From Promethearchaeota archaeon (GTDB lineage: Archaea > Asgardarchaeota > Lokiarchaeia > Sigyniarchaeales > SOKP01): a stretch of DNA of 47,748 nucleotides. The stretch spans positions 1 through 47,748 of the forward strand of contig JAHLWS010000013.1 of assembly GCA_019057795.1 (NCBI GenBank), in the 5' to 3' direction. Positions within the stretch are counted from its first letter, which is position 1, and each line of letters starts with the position of its first letter. The notes beneath the pieces were generated by a model that was given only the letters and a program-made list of their open reading frames with translations, was not told the origin of the DNA and searched no databases. Made by a program: the position numbers and the translations under genes. Shown here one piece after another: positions 10,125-20,274 of the stretch.

Positions 10125-13100
10125 TCATTCTTTTCGGGCTTTTCTTATTAATCTAAATGAAAGGCGATGAGATTTTTCTACTTTTGCATTTGAACTACGC
10201 CGACCACATCTAAAAAACTGGTTTTTAATGTTTTTTGGGAATGGATATTTCCCCCATGATCCGCCTCTTGCTATACCATTATCAGTTGTTAGAGGTCCAA
10301 CAGGGTCTTTAACAGATATTTTAGTATATTTTCTAATATCATCCTTAACAAGCTCATACATTAGACCATGCATATCATACAAACCCCAGTCGTTTGGTTT
10401 TAACAACCCTACATCGTGAATTCTTCTATCAGAATTAAGTTGGCTCCATGCGTATTGATCAAGTAATTTTTGGTTATTTCCAAAACAATATTTTCCTTTC
10501 GAACCAGCCCGGCTCGCATATTCCCATTGAGCATCTGTAGGAAGATCAAAATCTCCACTTCCTGGAAGGGAATTTAGTTTTTTTAGAAATTCTTGAACAT
10601 CATAGTAATTAATATAAATAACTGGAAAGTTTGGAGATCTTTGTTTAGGAGGGATTACAGGCAATTTCCCCATAATATTTTCCCATAGACTTTGAGTGAC
10701 CATATATTTACTCATATAGAAATTTTGAGTTATTTCGGCATTATGAACGGGTCTATCGTAAAATACCTCATTATCTCCCATCATAAACGAGCCGCTTTTA
10801 ATTAGAACCATATCATTCATAATTTCTTCGATAATAGGGTCTTCTTTTTGTACGATGTCTCTATGATCCTTTTTCTCCATTTCCTTTTTTAGCTTTTTTT
10901 GATTAGAACTACTAGTTGCTTTTCCTAAATTTTCATTTTCTATAATGGTTATCTCTTGAATTTCATCTTTCATTATAGGTTCGATATAAGGGATCCAATT
11001 TTTATCCAAGGTAGGTTTAAGTAAATAATATCGCATACCTTCTTTCCACAAGTATTCGATAAATGAATTTTGTATTAATTCATTCCTCTCTAGATAACAT
11101 GCAAGACGTTCTTGTATTAATTTCTTATCGAAATAATCGAATTCGCCCGGGTTAGGATTTATTAAATAATCTTCTATTGCCCCTTGAATATAATTTAAAT
11201 TAGAAAAATCAAAGTTTAATTCATCCTTAATCATTTCAAAAGAAAAATAACAATCAGATCCGAACACAATCCATTCATAAGGGCGATATCCCATTTCTGA
11301 GACTGCTCGGTCTGGATGTAAGTGATTCAATCTGTGAAATGTTGCCCATCCCTGGAGATGTCTAACTGCTGGAAGTGACTCAATAAATATACCCAATTCA
11401 CGAGATTCATAAATTCCTTTCTCACCTCCATAGCTCAAAAGATTTTCCGAAGTAATTAATCCTCTACAACCATCAAATAACGCAAATTTTGCGTGGTTTT
11501 CCATAGGTTCTAAACTAGTTTTTAATCGATTGCCTAATATTGATTGGGCCATTTTAATTGTATTTCTTGCATCCCTTAATTGATTTCTTACTTTTGGGCT
11601 TAGTTTACTTTTATTTTCCCATTCTCTCCCCCATAAGATTCTTAGAAATCTCTTGCTTTCATTTCCTTTTCCCTCGATATCATTCAATAAAGTTCGATCC
11701 AAGGCAGTTTTAGTCAATCTATCAGAGGCGAGAAAGATCTCATCTTCTGTGGACTTAATTTGTGTTATTAAAACATCCCGTGATTGATGTTCATTAATCA
11801 ATTTCACTTTGCTGCGCTTTAGAAACGGGAGCAGGCATATCCTGATGTTATATAACGATTCTTTATATTTCTGTTGAATTTCTTTGAATTCTATACTCCC
11901 TTGTAATAGAGAAATAAACGATAATAAGGATTGTTCTAATCTACTATAATAAAACTCAGCTAACTCTTGGAGATCTGAATCAATTTCAGTCTTTGAATTA
12001 AGAAGCTCGTTAAAACTTTTTAGATATTCAATGATCTCTTGACCTTCAAGATTTTCTTCGACTTTTTTCAAGACCTCCAGCGAGAATCGAGCAGATCTCC
12101 CTAAAATTCCTGCTTCGAATAATTGAGAATCTGGATTACTACTTCCTGGATTCCAACTACTTATCAACCAATCACCATTTGAACTCAGAATAATTTTTTC
12201 ATGTGAGCGTTTCACAGAAGAGACAATTTTGAGGCGATCTTTAAGTTTTGGTGATAATTGAACTACCTTATTATAATATTCCGTAATATCTTCTTTCTGT
12301 TGTTCTGGAGGATCATCATTGGCATGACCATAAATCAGTAAGATTTCAGCTTCAAGAGGGGTGTTTCTTAATGAGTAAAGTAATCCGAAATCAGCATGTA
12401 GATGATTAACATTAAGAAATGATGTATAAAGGATAATCTTTTGTGGAGGAGATTTGGGCTTTTTTTTGTTAATACTAAGCCTACCCTCACAGATTTCTGA
12501 GAGAACATCGAAAAAAAGCTCGCTTACATCGGTCAATGGTAAAAGGTCAATACTCGTATAGTACCAATTTATCCACTCTTCTTTCCTTTTTATTAGATCT
12601 TGTAATCTTTCAATAATATATTGAAAATAATGCTTAGAAGTGATTAATGATATATAATTAGGAAATTTCTCCAAAAGCAAAGCAAATTTTTCCACTATGG
12701 ATCTAGTCCAGAAAAACAGCTTTTTTCTCCTTTTTGGTTTTTTTCCGAAGATTTCTGGTGCAAACTCCCAGAGCATCGGTTCTAGGATTGCAAGATCTTG
12801 AGGAATTATTCTCTGATGTTCACCCTTAAAACTACCAAACATTTCAAATTCAATATCTTTTTTTCCGCCTAAAATAAACGGGCTACTAAGAAAAGCACGA
12901 CTATATTTGAAAAAATCATCAATTTCCTCCGGCTTAAATAAATTTATTAGGATTTTTATATCAATATTAAGATTTTCAATTAGATTTTCTATGGTTAATT
13001 GTGGTTTTAGTTTTATTAAATTTTTTGGATTAGGTCTATTAAAATCATAGTCATATTGTATCGCCCTTTGAACTGAGAGTGGCGTACCTGATAACGCATC

Positions 13101-13457
13101 TACCCACCATTGACCTCTTTCTGTGGAATATTTTAGAAACTCTTGCGCAAGTGCAATTTCTCCTCCTTTTTTATATATTTCAGTTATTTTAGGAATAACC
13201 CTAAATTCAGACTTAGTCCAATTAGGAATAAGCCAGCCTTGATCAATTAATTCCTTAAAGATTTGTCTAGTAATTAATTTATTATTAGGGATTGGCCAGG
13301 GAGGATTCTTTTCAATCTGCTTTATTGTTCGTCCATCTAAGAGTTCTGATACATAAGCTAACCACCAAATAGTATGAGGATTATATTCTGGAAAATCGAT
13401 ATTTGCTTCAATGAAATAACCTGGGATTCTTACCATATTTCTATTCGCTATTCTCAC
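10125..13457 (-). CDS. Tandem phospholipase-D-family (HxK) nuclease-like domains fused to a C-terminal FGE-sulfatase/SUMF1 domain
   Basis: RSHEKII...SWN...EAG and NHAKFALFD...SENLLS...ELG; C-terminal SGSFMMG, VTQ, LPTDAQWEYASRAG, KPNDWGLYDMHG, RGGSW, FRL. Confidence 0.82.
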   Translation of the reverse strand: MRIANRNMVRIPGYFIEANIDFPEYNPHTIWWLAYVSELLDGRTIKQIEKNPPWPIPNNKLITRQIFKELIDQGWLIPNWTKSEFRVIPKITEIYKKGGEIALAQEFLKYSTERGQWWVDALSGTPLSVQRAIQYDYDFNRPNPKNLIKLKPQLTIENLIENLNIDIKILINLFKPEEIDDFFKYSRAFLSSPFILGGKKDIEFEMFGSFKGEHQRIIPQDLAILEPMLWEFAPEIFGKKPKRRKKLFFWTRSIVEKFALLLEKFPNYISLITSKHYFQYIIERLQDLIKRKEEWINWYYTSIDLLPLTDVSELFFDVLSEICEGRLSINKKKPKSPPQKIILYTSFLNVNHLHADFGLLYSLRNTPLEAEILLIYGHANDDPPEQQKEDITEYYNKVVQLSPKLKDRLKIVSSVKRSHEKIILSSNGDWLISSWNPGSSNPDSQLFEAGILGRSARFSLEVLKKVEENLEGQEIIEYLKSFNELLNSKTEIDSDLQELAEFYYSRLEQSLLSFISLLQGSIEFKEIQQKYKESLYNIRICLLPFLKRSKVKLINEHQSRDVLITQIKSTEDEIFLASDRLTKTALDRTLLNDIEGKGNESKRFLRILWGREWENKSKLSPKVRNQLRDARNTIKMAQSILGNRLKTSLEPMENHAKFALFDGCRGLITSENLLSYGGEKGIYESRELGIFIESLPAVRHLQGWATFHRLNHLHPDRAVSEMGYRPYEWIVFGSDCYFSFEMIKDELNFDFSNLNYIQGAIEDYLINPNPGEFDYFDKKLIQERLACYLERNELIQNSFIEYLWKEGMRYYLLKPTLDKNWIPYIEPIMKDEIQEITIIENENLGKATSSSNQKKLKKEMEKKDHRDIVQKEDPIIEEIMNDMVLIKSGSFMMGDNEVFYDRPVHNAEITQNFYMSKYMVTQSLWENIMGKLPVIPPKQRSPNFPVIYINYYDVQEFLKKLNSLPGSGDFDLPTDAQWEYASRAGSKGKYCFGNNQKLLDQYAWSQLNSDRRIHDVGLLKPNDWGLYDMHGLMYELVKDDIRKYTKISVKDPVGPLTTDNGIARGGSWGKYPFPKNIKNQFFRCGRRSSNAKVEKSHRLSFRLIRKARKE

Positions 13458-16074
13458 GCTCCTTATTTTTTTCTTGATTCTCTAAGAAATTTTCTGAAGA
13501 TACGAATATACCCTCTTTCTTATACTCCAAATATAAATTATGAAAGATCTTTATTCTTTCCTCGTGACTATTTCTTATTATATGTTGAGTACAACCAATA
13601 ATAACTTGACGCGATTTTGTGCGTGAGAACATAACATTAAGTCGTTCGGGCTCTATTATAAACCCCCAAGATGATGCTGCATACAGCGTATTGTTTCTTA
13701 CTAAACTAAGTATAGTGAGATCTGCCTCATGTCCTTGATATTCGTCAGTGGTCCTTATTAATTCTTTAAACGGTTTATTAGTCAGCTCTGAACATACATT
13801 TTTAAGTTCTTCGGATTCTAAAAATAAATCTTTTTGATCATTATAGGGAGTTAAAATGATAAGATCTATACTCTTGATTGGTTTTAGTAATTTTAAATAT
13901 GTGATGAGTATGCTCAATTCGTAAAAATTGACTCGCATTCCAATTTTTTCAGGGTCATCAGTAGCATCCATATATTCAGTCATATGAGGCGTATCTATCC
14001 AAAGCATTGGAACGTCATATTCTTCCGGGATAATGCCTATAAGAGGTTTCTCAGGTTTTTTCTTATGTTTAAATTCTCGATTATAAAAAACTCTACCTAT
14101 AACGTTTGATAAAGGGCGCTCCATTCGGTATTGTTGGTCAAGTACATATTTCTTTTCCGCAGGAAGCAAATTAAAGAGAGTTTCAAAAGGTTTTAACCAG
14201 CATAATTGCTGCATATCAAATGAAGAATATATATTATAAAAATTCTTTAATTTTAAATAATCATATCCGAATCTTTTCTGTAAATCTTCATTAAGACGAG
14301 AATTTGACTTAACTCTTTTTAAAATATCTTCCCATATCCTTAAAGCTTCTTCAGTTTCTCTTATTTGATATGGTGGCAACTGATTTTGATCTCCAATTAA
14401 CAATACTCTGTGCCCAAGGCAAATAGTATGTAATAATTCACTTGGATAACTCTTCCCAGCCTCTTCAATTACTACTAAATCGAATGATTTTTTATTAATT
14501 AACTGATAAAAAGTTCTATCCATAGTAGTACAAAAAATAATTGAAGCTGAGCTAATAGCTAATGAAAGATTCCGAAGGTCATACTCTTGTACTAAGCTTT
14601 CTTGTGCATGATACCAGATTTCTGAACCGTTCTTCCATTTATAGGAGCCAATTTCTTTCATTATATTTGAGCTGAGAAATTCCTTAATATAAGACTCAAT
14701 TGTAGAAGTCGTTTGCTTTATATATGAAAGAGAGCGAAAGGCACGGAATTCCGTCTTCTCATAATTTAGTCTCTCCACAACTTTTTTAAGTATATAATTT
14801 AAAGCCAAATGCTCCTTGGAACATACTAGAATTTTTGCATATGGATTGTTCTTCAAAAATTTGGCTACAACTTCAGCAGCCAAATAAGTCTTGCCTGTTC
14901 CTGGTGGGCCTTGAACTGCGAATAATCCACAATTCTTAAAAATAATTTCTGCAAGGTCTTTTCTTTGATATCTATTAGTAAAACCGTCCTCTTCTTCAAT
15001 TGGAATTTTATTTAGATACTTTTCTAAAATTGGATGATTTTTTACGAAATTAATAAATTTACGCTTTTTTTGAATTTGATCAATATCACCAAATTCATAC
15101 ACATATAGAAATCCTCTTTTAGGTAACGGTTTTCCACGATTTTTTATAACGATTATTTGTTGATCACGATGCAAATCTATCCATTCAACAATTTTCTCAT
15201 TATTTCTCAAGATTTTTAAGGGATTAGGGGGGGTTTTCAAATCAGAATAAACCAATAGTCTTGTAATATGACTATTTTCCATTAACTCATCCCAAAGTTC
15301 TTGAACAGATGGTCTTTTAATTTTTCCAAAGTGATTATCATTAAAATATAAATCAATTTCTAATACATTTTCATTTTTTCGAATATTTTTAAAAGGAGCC
15401 TCATTTAAGGACATTTTCTTAAACTTGTAGATTTGACGAATTTTATAGAAGAATTCAGATTCGGTTAATAAATCGAGGAAGGATGGATTTTCCTTTGTCT
15501 TGAAACTCTTAATTAATTTTAGAATCTCTGAGTAATTGTGTTCATCTAGTGCTTCCCTTATAAGTTTAAATAAACCAATGGTCTCTTTATCGTTTTTTCT
15601 ATTTAATCTATTTAGGATTAAAGAGATCCATGTATCCATAAATCTAATGTCTCGGTGTAAAGCTTCTTCTAGTTTTTGTTTTTGAAGGGATCTTATAAAG
15701 AAGGATATTGGTGCAACCCATTTTCCCTTTATAGGAAGAAATTGAGAAAACCCCATTATGTTTAGTTCATGCTGATTTGCCAATGTCCTTAAAACTTTTA
15801 TAAAATCCTCGATATTGGAATCTAAATCTTGTAAATCTTTTTCAATCGCATCTATCTTAACCATTTTTAATCCTTGTGTGTCTCTAAATTTTAGAACAAG
15901 AATATTATTGATGAATGACCAATCATCAGGTAAAATAAAATTATCTGCTTGAGAAAATAATTCTCTAAATCTATGAAATAAATAATCCCTAAATAAATCC
16001 AAACTTTTTTCAGGAATTTGTAATTCGAAAGAAAGCTGATTGGAAGTTAATTGCCATACGCTCATTTTACTCAT
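13441..16074 (-). CDS. SF1 helicase of the DNA2/NAM7/UPF1 family
   Basis: QGPPGTGKT, Walker B variant VIEEAG, IGDQNQLPP, QYRM, TPY..Q, TDEYQGHEAD, RLNVMFSR. Confidence 0.92.
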   Translation of the reverse strand: MSKMSVWQLTSNQLSFELQIPEKSLDLFRDYLFHRFRELFSQADNFILPDDWSFINNILVLKFRDTQGLKMVKIDAIEKDLQDLDSNIEDFIKVLRTLANQHELNIMGFSQFLPIKGKWVAPISFFIRSLQKQKLEEALHRDIRFMDTWISLILNRLNRKNDKETIGLFKLIREALDEHNYSEILKLIKSFKTKENPSFLDLLTESEFFYKIRQIYKFKKMSLNEAPFKNIRKNENVLEIDLYFNDNHFGKIKRPSVQELWDELMENSHITRLLVYSDLKTPPNPLKILRNNEKIVEWIDLHRDQQIIVIKNRGKPLPKRGFLYVYEFGDIDQIQKKRKFINFVKNHPILEKYLNKIPIEEEDGFTNRYQRKDLAEIIFKNCGLFAVQGPPGTGKTYLAAEVVAKFLKNNPYAKILVCSKEHLALNYILKKVVERLNYEKTEFRAFRSLSYIKQTTSTIESYIKEFLSSNIMKEIGSYKWKNGSEIWYHAQESLVQEYDLRNLSLAISSASIIFCTTMDRTFYQLINKKSFDLVVIEEAGKSYPSELLHTICLGHRVLLIGDQNQLPPYQIRETEEALRIWEDILKRVKSNSRLNEDLQKRFGYDYLKLKNFYNIYSSFDMQQLCWLKPFETLFNLLPAEKKYVLDQQYRMERPLSNVIGRVFYNREFKHKKKPEKPLIGIIPEEYDVPMLWIDTPHMTEYMDATDDPEKIGMRVNFYELSILITYLKLLKPIKSIDLIILTPYNDQKDLFLESEELKNVCSELTNKPFKELIRTTDEYQGHEADLTILSLVRNNTLYAASSWGFIIEPERLNVMFSRTKSRQVIIGCTQHIIRNSHEERIKIFHNLYLEYKKEGIFVSSENFLENQEKNKERENSE

Positions 16075-16091
16075 GAAATAGAGCAGAAGTG

Positions 16092-16295
16092 TTAGGATTT
16101 TTCATTTCTATCTGCCGCAGACATTGCTCTGGATTTAAAATCTTGATTTCGACCAGTTTTATCTGCATGAGATTGAATAGCTCGAGCTCTTTCACTGGTT
16201 ATCCTCGTAGATGTCCTTGAGCTTCGACCTCGCCTTCCTTGGCTTCGACCTCGCCTTCCTTGGCTTCGACCTCTTTCCCCGTGTCCTCTACTCAT
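16092..16295 (-). CDS. Small basic protein with GRSQGRR repeats and an SMP-like C-terminal motif
   Basis: Co-oriented inside the operon; C-terminal ARAIQSHAD..G.NQDFKSRAMSAADRN. Confidence 0.75.
   Translation of the reverse strand: MSRGHGERGRSQGRRGRSQGRRGRSSRTSTRITSERARAIQSHADKTGRNQDFKSRAMSAADRNEKS
16221..16273. repeat. 21-bp tandem repeat, about 2.5 perfect copies, in frame
   Basis: GCTTCGACCTCGCCTTCCTTG at 16221 and 16242, partial copy at 16263. Confidence 0.95.
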
Positions 16296-16354
16296 AATCT
16301 ATCTATATTTATTATGTAATTTAAATTTATACTTATTTGTAATATTCCATTAAA

Positions 16355-17422
16355 TTATTTATCTAACTCATTAATCATTAACTTTAAAAACTCTTTTCTA
16401 GCTTGACAATTATATAAATAAGAAAATGTGTCTAAAATACAATCTCTTACACACACTTTTCTTAAATCACAATCATTGCATTCATTTTCATATTTCTCAA
16501 GTTTTTTCATCATTTTTTCTTGAAAAAATTCAATGTTTTGATCAAATTCACCTAATAACCAGTTTTTATCATTAAACATTCTCCCACATGGATAGACTTC
16601 TCTTTGAAGATAAATTAAATTTGATGTTCCCGCTCCACAACAGCTTCCTATTAATGTACATGTTCTTTCGGGTTCTCCTTTTACTGCTTTTCGAAATGCT
16701 TCTATATTCCCTATCTCAATATTTTTGAGATTATATTTTATTTGTAGATTATAAATCACCTTTAAAATCCTATAATAGTTATCATATGAAATTGGAGGAT
16801 AAAAGGATGGAACATCTATCATTCTTCCAAATATCACCTTGTCGAACCTCTCTTTTCTAATAAATTTGAAAAATAAATCTATATTATCAATAAGTTCTCT
16901 TGTGATTGTTGGATTTATGATAATCCTAAGATTATGTCTTCTTAAAACTTTGATTCCTTTCATAACAACATCAAAAGTAGGATTACCATCTGCGTAAAAA
17001 CGATTTTTGTTATGAATCAAAGCAGGACCATCTAAAGAAACACTGGGTATTATTGCTAATTCCTTCATCTTTCTTACTATTTCGTCTGATAATAATGAGC
17101 CATTTGTTACCATGTAAAATTTAATCTCCTTATGCTTTCCCTCATTTCTAAATTCTTCCATTGCTAATGAGATCTCTTTCCATGATAAGAGTGGTTCACC
17201 ACTTCCAACGAAAATTATTTTAATTTTCTTTTTTAACTTGAATTTAACACTATAATCATAGATTTTATCTAAAATAGTTCTGATATCAGTCTCTGTTAGG
17301 CTTTTTTGTGGAAAAATTGGATTTTCGGGATTATAGAAATAACAATATCTACAAGCAAAATTACAGACTGAATTTGGAGAAATGCAAACCTTCTCTATTT
17401 GTTCTTTAATTTCAAGCACCAT
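16355..17422 (-). CDS. Radical SAM/SPASM-domain protein (anSME/peptide-maturase-like)
   Basis: CNFACRYC, GSGEPLL, TNGSLL, SVSLDGP...H...R; C-terminal CGAG...YPC...CxxC....C...C...C. Confidence 0.9.
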   Translation of the reverse strand: MVLEIKEQIEKVCISPNSVCNFACRYCYFYNPENPIFPQKSLTETDIRTILDKIYDYSVKFKLKKKIKIIFVGSGEPLLSWKEISLAMEEFRNEGKHKEIKFYMVTNGSLLSDEIVRKMKELAIIPSVSLDGPALIHNKNRFYADGNPTFDVVMKGIKVLRRHNLRIIINPTITRELIDNIDLFFKFIRKERFDKVIFGRMIDVPSFYPPISYDNYYRILKVIYNLQIKYNLKNIEIGNIEAFRKAVKGEPERTCTLIGSCCGAGTSNLIYLQREVYPCGRMFNDKNWLLGEFDQNIEFFQEKMMKKLEKYENECNDCDLRKVCVRDCILDTFSYLYNCQARKEFLKLMINELDK

Positions 17423-18239
17423 CTTTATTTAGGTTTTCTTTTAAATATTTAATTGCTTTATCAATTAATAGGAATAATCCATTATTAGGCTGCATTCCTG
17501 GTCTAATTTTACCAAACCCCATTAAAGGTATACATCTTTTACATGATGGAAAATATATTTCTGAATTTAAAAAATCTTGTATATCTTCAAGAGTAAGAGT
17601 ATTATTTAAATACAAACCCTCTTTATCATCTCCGCATTTAGCAATTCTGGAGCAAATAAAAATTCTTTTTCGCTCAATGGTAGTACAATGTTTTCGATAC
17701 CAGCAATTTTCATACATTTCCTGTGCTTTTAAGTCAGAAACTATGTAATCTCCATGTTGATAATCCCAATTATGAATACGTATGTTGAATTTTACATTAG
17801 GCGCTTTTTTTTTGAGCCATTCTTTCCATAAGGATATTAGTTCATCTGATTCGAAGTATAAGCTTATAGTTAATTCATCAATAAGTTTCAGACTATTTAA
17901 AGTTAGTCCTTGAGGGATTAGTCCATTGGTTACAATTTCTAAAATATCAAAGTTATTTACAGTTCGAAAAGATTTTACGGCCCTTTCAAGTAATTTTTTA
18001 TCGATTGTTGGCTCCCCTCCAAGAACAGGAAAACGATGTATATAAATGCCTAAATCTTTTAAAATCCCGATTCCTTCTGTGATTTCTTTTATTGGATCTT
18101 CGCTATATGGGATTATTTGATTAGGTACAAAAAATCCACATTGGTCACATACTAGATTACATAAATTAGTGATAGAAACCTCAAGATCTCGTATATAATA
18201 TTTTTCCTTTTCATTATCATAGATGAGACCTTTAATCAT
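17412..18239 (-). CDS. Radical SAM protein with a short Cys-rich C-terminus
   Basis: CNLVCDQC, LGGEP, VTNG; C-terminal C....C...C...CKRC. Confidence 0.88.
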   Translation of the reverse strand: MIKGLIYDNEKEKYYIRDLEVSITNLCNLVCDQCGFFVPNQIIPYSEDPIKEITEGIGILKDLGIYIHRFPVLGGEPTIDKKLLERAVKSFRTVNNFDILEIVTNGLIPQGLTLNSLKLIDELTISLYFESDELISLWKEWLKKKAPNVKFNIRIHNWDYQHGDYIVSDLKAQEMYENCWYRKHCTTIERKRIFICSRIAKCGDDKEGLYLNNTLTLEDIQDFLNSEIYFPSCKRCIPLMGFGKIRPGMQPNNGLFLLIDKAIKYLKENLNKDGA

Positions 18240-18266
18240 GAATTTCTACCAATCCACTTGTAAAAT

Positions 18267-18875
18267 TTAAAGTGTTCCAAATAAACGATTTCCCGTATCA
18301 GTTTTTCCTTTTCCTACATATTTATTATATGATAATCTAAAAATAAAAAATAAAACATCGGGATATTTTTTTTCCAAAATCTTTGCAGTATCATAAGGCA
18401 TTACTTGGCATGTTACAAAAATTTTCTCTGGATTAAATTTTGAAATCTGCTCAATAACTGGCATCATTGTATTTCCGGTATTTATAACAGAATCGACTAA
18501 AATTATAACTTTGCCCTCTAATGATTTTAATGAGCTTAAATCAATCTCAGAAAGCCCCTCACCTCTTTTGGGTGTAATATGAAAATAAGGAGAGGTCTGA
18601 AAAATAAATCTTAAGCCATCACCTAAATATACACCTGCTCTCATGAAATCCAAAATTAAGATATCCTTCTCATTTTTTAGCCTTCTTCCAATTTTTATTC
18701 CTTGTGGATGCTGAATTTCACAATCTTCTAAATCTAGTTCTTCAAGTATTTCATATGCAAGGTATTTCCCCATCTCAATATGAACTTGAGATAATTGATA
18801 AGGAGTAATATCGGTTCTTCTTGAATCTGTAGCAATCAATTGGACAGCTTTTTTATCTGTAAAATGTTTTAACAT
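18267..18875 (-). CDS. Uracil phosphoribosyltransferase-like type I PRTase
   Basis: MRAG, PRPP loop ILVDSVINTG, C-terminal DTGNRLFGT as in UPRTases. Confidence 0.85.
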   Translation of the reverse strand: MLKHFTDKKAVQLIATDSRRTDITPYQLSQVHIEMGKYLAYEILEELDLEDCEIQHPQGIKIGRRLKNEKDILILDFMRAGVYLGDGLRFIFQTSPYFHITPKRGEGLSEIDLSSLKSLEGKVIILVDSVINTGNTMMPVIEQISKFNPEKIFVTCQVMPYDTAKILEKKYPDVLFFIFRLSYNKYVGKGKTDTGNRLFGTL

Positions 18876-18885
18876 TTTTCTACCT

Positions 18886-19623
18886 TCAAGTTATTAAATC
18901 CATTATTATTTTTGAAATTTTTTTAAAATCAGTAATTTTAATGCTTGCATGATGATAGTCTTTAAAGCTAATCTGATATAAAGATGAATGGGTTTTTAAA
19001 TGTGGAAGTAAATCTGCATTATTCCTATGGTTAACAACTATTACAGCATGATTCGCTTTTTTAAGCATTAATGAATCTACATCGCTATCTCCAAAAGCAA
19101 TTAAAATTTGTCCATTGCTGGCAAAAAATTCGGCAATCTGACCTTTTTCATACCGCCCGATAATATAATCGTCAATATTATTATGGGTTCCACCAATTAA
19201 TAGAACATTTTCTAAATCATGATTAATCAAAATATATTCCCATATCTTTTTCACACCACTCGTAACAATACAAATATCTGCAAACTCTTGAGTACTTTTT
19301 ATAAATTCCAATACACCTGGATATAATTCGATATTTTTTGCAGTCTCTTTTGAGCATCTTTTATAATCTGGAATGTTTAATCTACTGTAAATTTCAGCCA
19401 TATTCTTAAATCCTGGATAAGTGTATCCATGTTTAACAAATCCATCCTTTATTTCTGTAAAACTGATGTTGGCCATTTCATTAAATATTCTACTCGTGTC
19501 AAGGGCACAAAGAGTTCTATCAGCATCTAATAAAACAACACATTTTTTAATGAAATCAGATGTTTTATTCTCAATATCTCTAATCATTAGTTTCAAATTG
19601 CTACTTTCATCAGGTGGAATCAC
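18886..19623 (-). CDS. HAD-superfamily phosphatase
   Basis: LLDADRTL (DxD), IVTSG, K, AFGDSDVD. Confidence 0.88.
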   Translation of the reverse strand: MIPPDESSNLKLMIRDIENKTSDFIKKCVVLLDADRTLCALDTSRIFNEMANISFTEIKDGFVKHGYTYPGFKNMAEIYSRLNIPDYKRCSKETAKNIELYPGVLEFIKSTQEFADICIVTSGVKKIWEYILINHDLENVLLIGGTHNNIDDYIIGRYEKGQIAEFFASNGQILIAFGDSDVDSLMLKKANHAVIVVNHRNNADLLPHLKTHSSLYQISFKDYHHASIKITDFKKISKIIMDLIT

Positions 19624-20189
19624 ATCTTTTCACCTTTCAATATTTTAATTAATTCTATATTTAGATTATTATGAAAATCTTCATTTAAATAATGTAGCTG
19701 CATTCCGTATTTTTTTGCAATATTATCAGAATTCTCTCTTTCAAAAGAAAGCTCTTTTTTAATAATAGATAAATCTAAACTTCTTTTTTTAATAGAATCA
19801 CTTTTTCTTCTTTCTAACACGGTTAAAGCATTTACTTCATATAAAATCAGATCAGTAAAAAACTTGCAATCCAATTCAGTAAAAACATTTTCTGTTTCAT
19901 TACTAATCGGATTATAGAGTGTAGTATGTCCATCAACTAGAATATCTTTTTGAGTTTCATTCTGCCTTTTAATCATGTATTCTATTGCTTTCTCTCTATA
20001 TTTTTGTTTTTCTTCCTTAGGAAAATAATCAAAATTATCGAATCTTGGCCCTACTAATTGTCTTAGAATTTGAGAACCGATTAAATAATCAATATTAGGG
20101 ATTTCCTTGAGAATCTTTTTTATTATAGTAGTTTTCCCTATTCCTTTAATCCCTACTAAACAGTATCTTCTCATAAGAAATCTCCCCAT
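19620..20189 (-). CDS. P-loop nucleotide kinase (archaeal adenylate kinase-like)
   Basis: GIKGIGKTT, ILVDGH, lid motif RR..D..K.R. Confidence 0.85.
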   Translation of the reverse strand: MGRFLMRRYCLVGIKGIGKTTIIKKILKEIPNIDYLIGSQILRQLVGPRFDNFDYFPKEEKQKYREKAIEYMIKRQNETQKDILVDGHTTLYNPISNETENVFTELDCKFFTDLILYEVNALTVLERRKSDSIKKRSLDLSIIKKELSFERENSDNIAKKYGMQLHYLNEDFHNNLNIELIKILKGEKM

Positions 20190-20274
20190 TAAATAACATC
20201 ATATGTATTTAAATAGAATTTTTTGTCAATAGAAATTTAAATCATCATTTATTTTTAATTTTTTTGTATTCCTA

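Noticed and set aside
10125-10850. FGE domain as a diversity-generating retroelement target
   Set aside because: No reverse transcriptase or template-repeat copy was seen in the window; a trans-acting DGR cannot be excluded.
16221-16273. Possible mini CRISPR array
   Set aside because: The repeats are contiguous with no spacers and lie in frame within a CDS; no cas genes or arrays were seen in the window.
16355-18239. Radical SAM genes as prokaryotic viperins (kinase nearby)
   Set aside because: They lack the viperin N.H....CNY.C.FCF pattern; one is clearly SPASM-type.
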